Source: Kiritimatiellia bacterium (GTDB taxonomy: Bacteria > Verrucomicrobiota > Kiritimatiellia > CAIQIC01 > JAGNIJ01). Taken from it: a stretch of DNA of 64,000 bases. Shown here in pieces: positions 63,904-64,000 of this stretch. The translations under genes and the position numbers were made by a program. The DNA is taken from NCBI GenBank assembly GCA_018001225.1, contig JAGNIJ010000006.1, positions 29,188 through 93,187 of the forward strand, written 5' to 3'. Below the pieces are notes generated by a model that saw nothing but the letters and a program-made list of their open reading frames with translations, did not search any database and had not been told where the DNA came from. Every line of letters starts with the position of its first letter. Positions within the stretch are counted from its first letter, which is position 1.

Positions 63904-64000
63904 ATGAGGTTGGGCGGGAAATGGAAGGGCCGCCGGCTCGCCGCGCTGTTGCTGGCGATGTGCCCGGCCGCGGGCGGTTCGGTTTCCACGAATATCGCGT
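63904..64000 (+). CDS. 5' end of an ORF with signal-peptide-like N-terminus (truncated by window end)
   Basis: MRLGGKWKGRRLAALLLAMCPAAGG... only 32 codons visible. Confidence 0.15.
   Translation, partial: MRLGGKWKGRRLAALLLAMCPAAGGSVSTNIA

Overview
This is a high-GC (~68%) chromosomal window, densely coding, that looks bacterial. The long Arg-rich prepilin leaders and the DUF1559-like 'NNLRQI' pilins fit a PVC-superphylum lineage (Verrucomicrobia, Kiritimatiellae, Lentisphaerae or Planctomycetes-like). That placement is inference. There are no CRISPR arrays, transposases, integrases or rRNA.

The window contains:
- **Housekeeping genes:** tatA, an endonuclease-III-like glycosylase, a beta-CASP RNase, era, ilvC, parA, rmuC, uspA, ftsK, a rodZ-like gene, pgsA, a leuB-family gene, asd, and tRNA-Glu(TTC) and tRNA-Gly(CCC).
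- **A complete type II secretion gene block:** gspE-F-G-H-I-J-K-L-M-D (7977-19287), with unusual low-GC intergenic inserts that carry arrays of TTCCAA-N3-TTGGAA palindromes and AGTGAAK heptamer repeats.
- **A second pilus-like module (31612-38241):** a GspE-N-domain-only protein, PilB-like and PilC-like genes, a sigma-54 enhancer-binding response regulator, and two paralogous prepilins each behind a near-consensus sigma-54 -24/-12 promoter.
- **A TPP riboswitch** (about 5000-5095) in front of a PurM/AIR-synthase-superfamily gene.
- **A 127-129 bp hairpin-forming MITE-like element** in two copies (31465-31591 and 38556-38684).
- **A 1375-aa secreted EEP-family nuclease** with lamin-tail and thrombospondin type 3 repeats.
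- **A 2239-aa secreted FG-GAP-repeat protein** carrying tandem legumain-like (C13) caspase-fold domains, one intact and one degenerate.
- **The most striking candidate system, an apparent minus-strand operon at 54385-61311:** ECF sigma, anti-sigma, a large lipoprotein, a membrane-anchored caspase (C14) domain protein, and a FadL-family outer-membrane barrel.

Many long antisense or alternate-frame ORFs in the six-frame track are GC artefacts and are not called.
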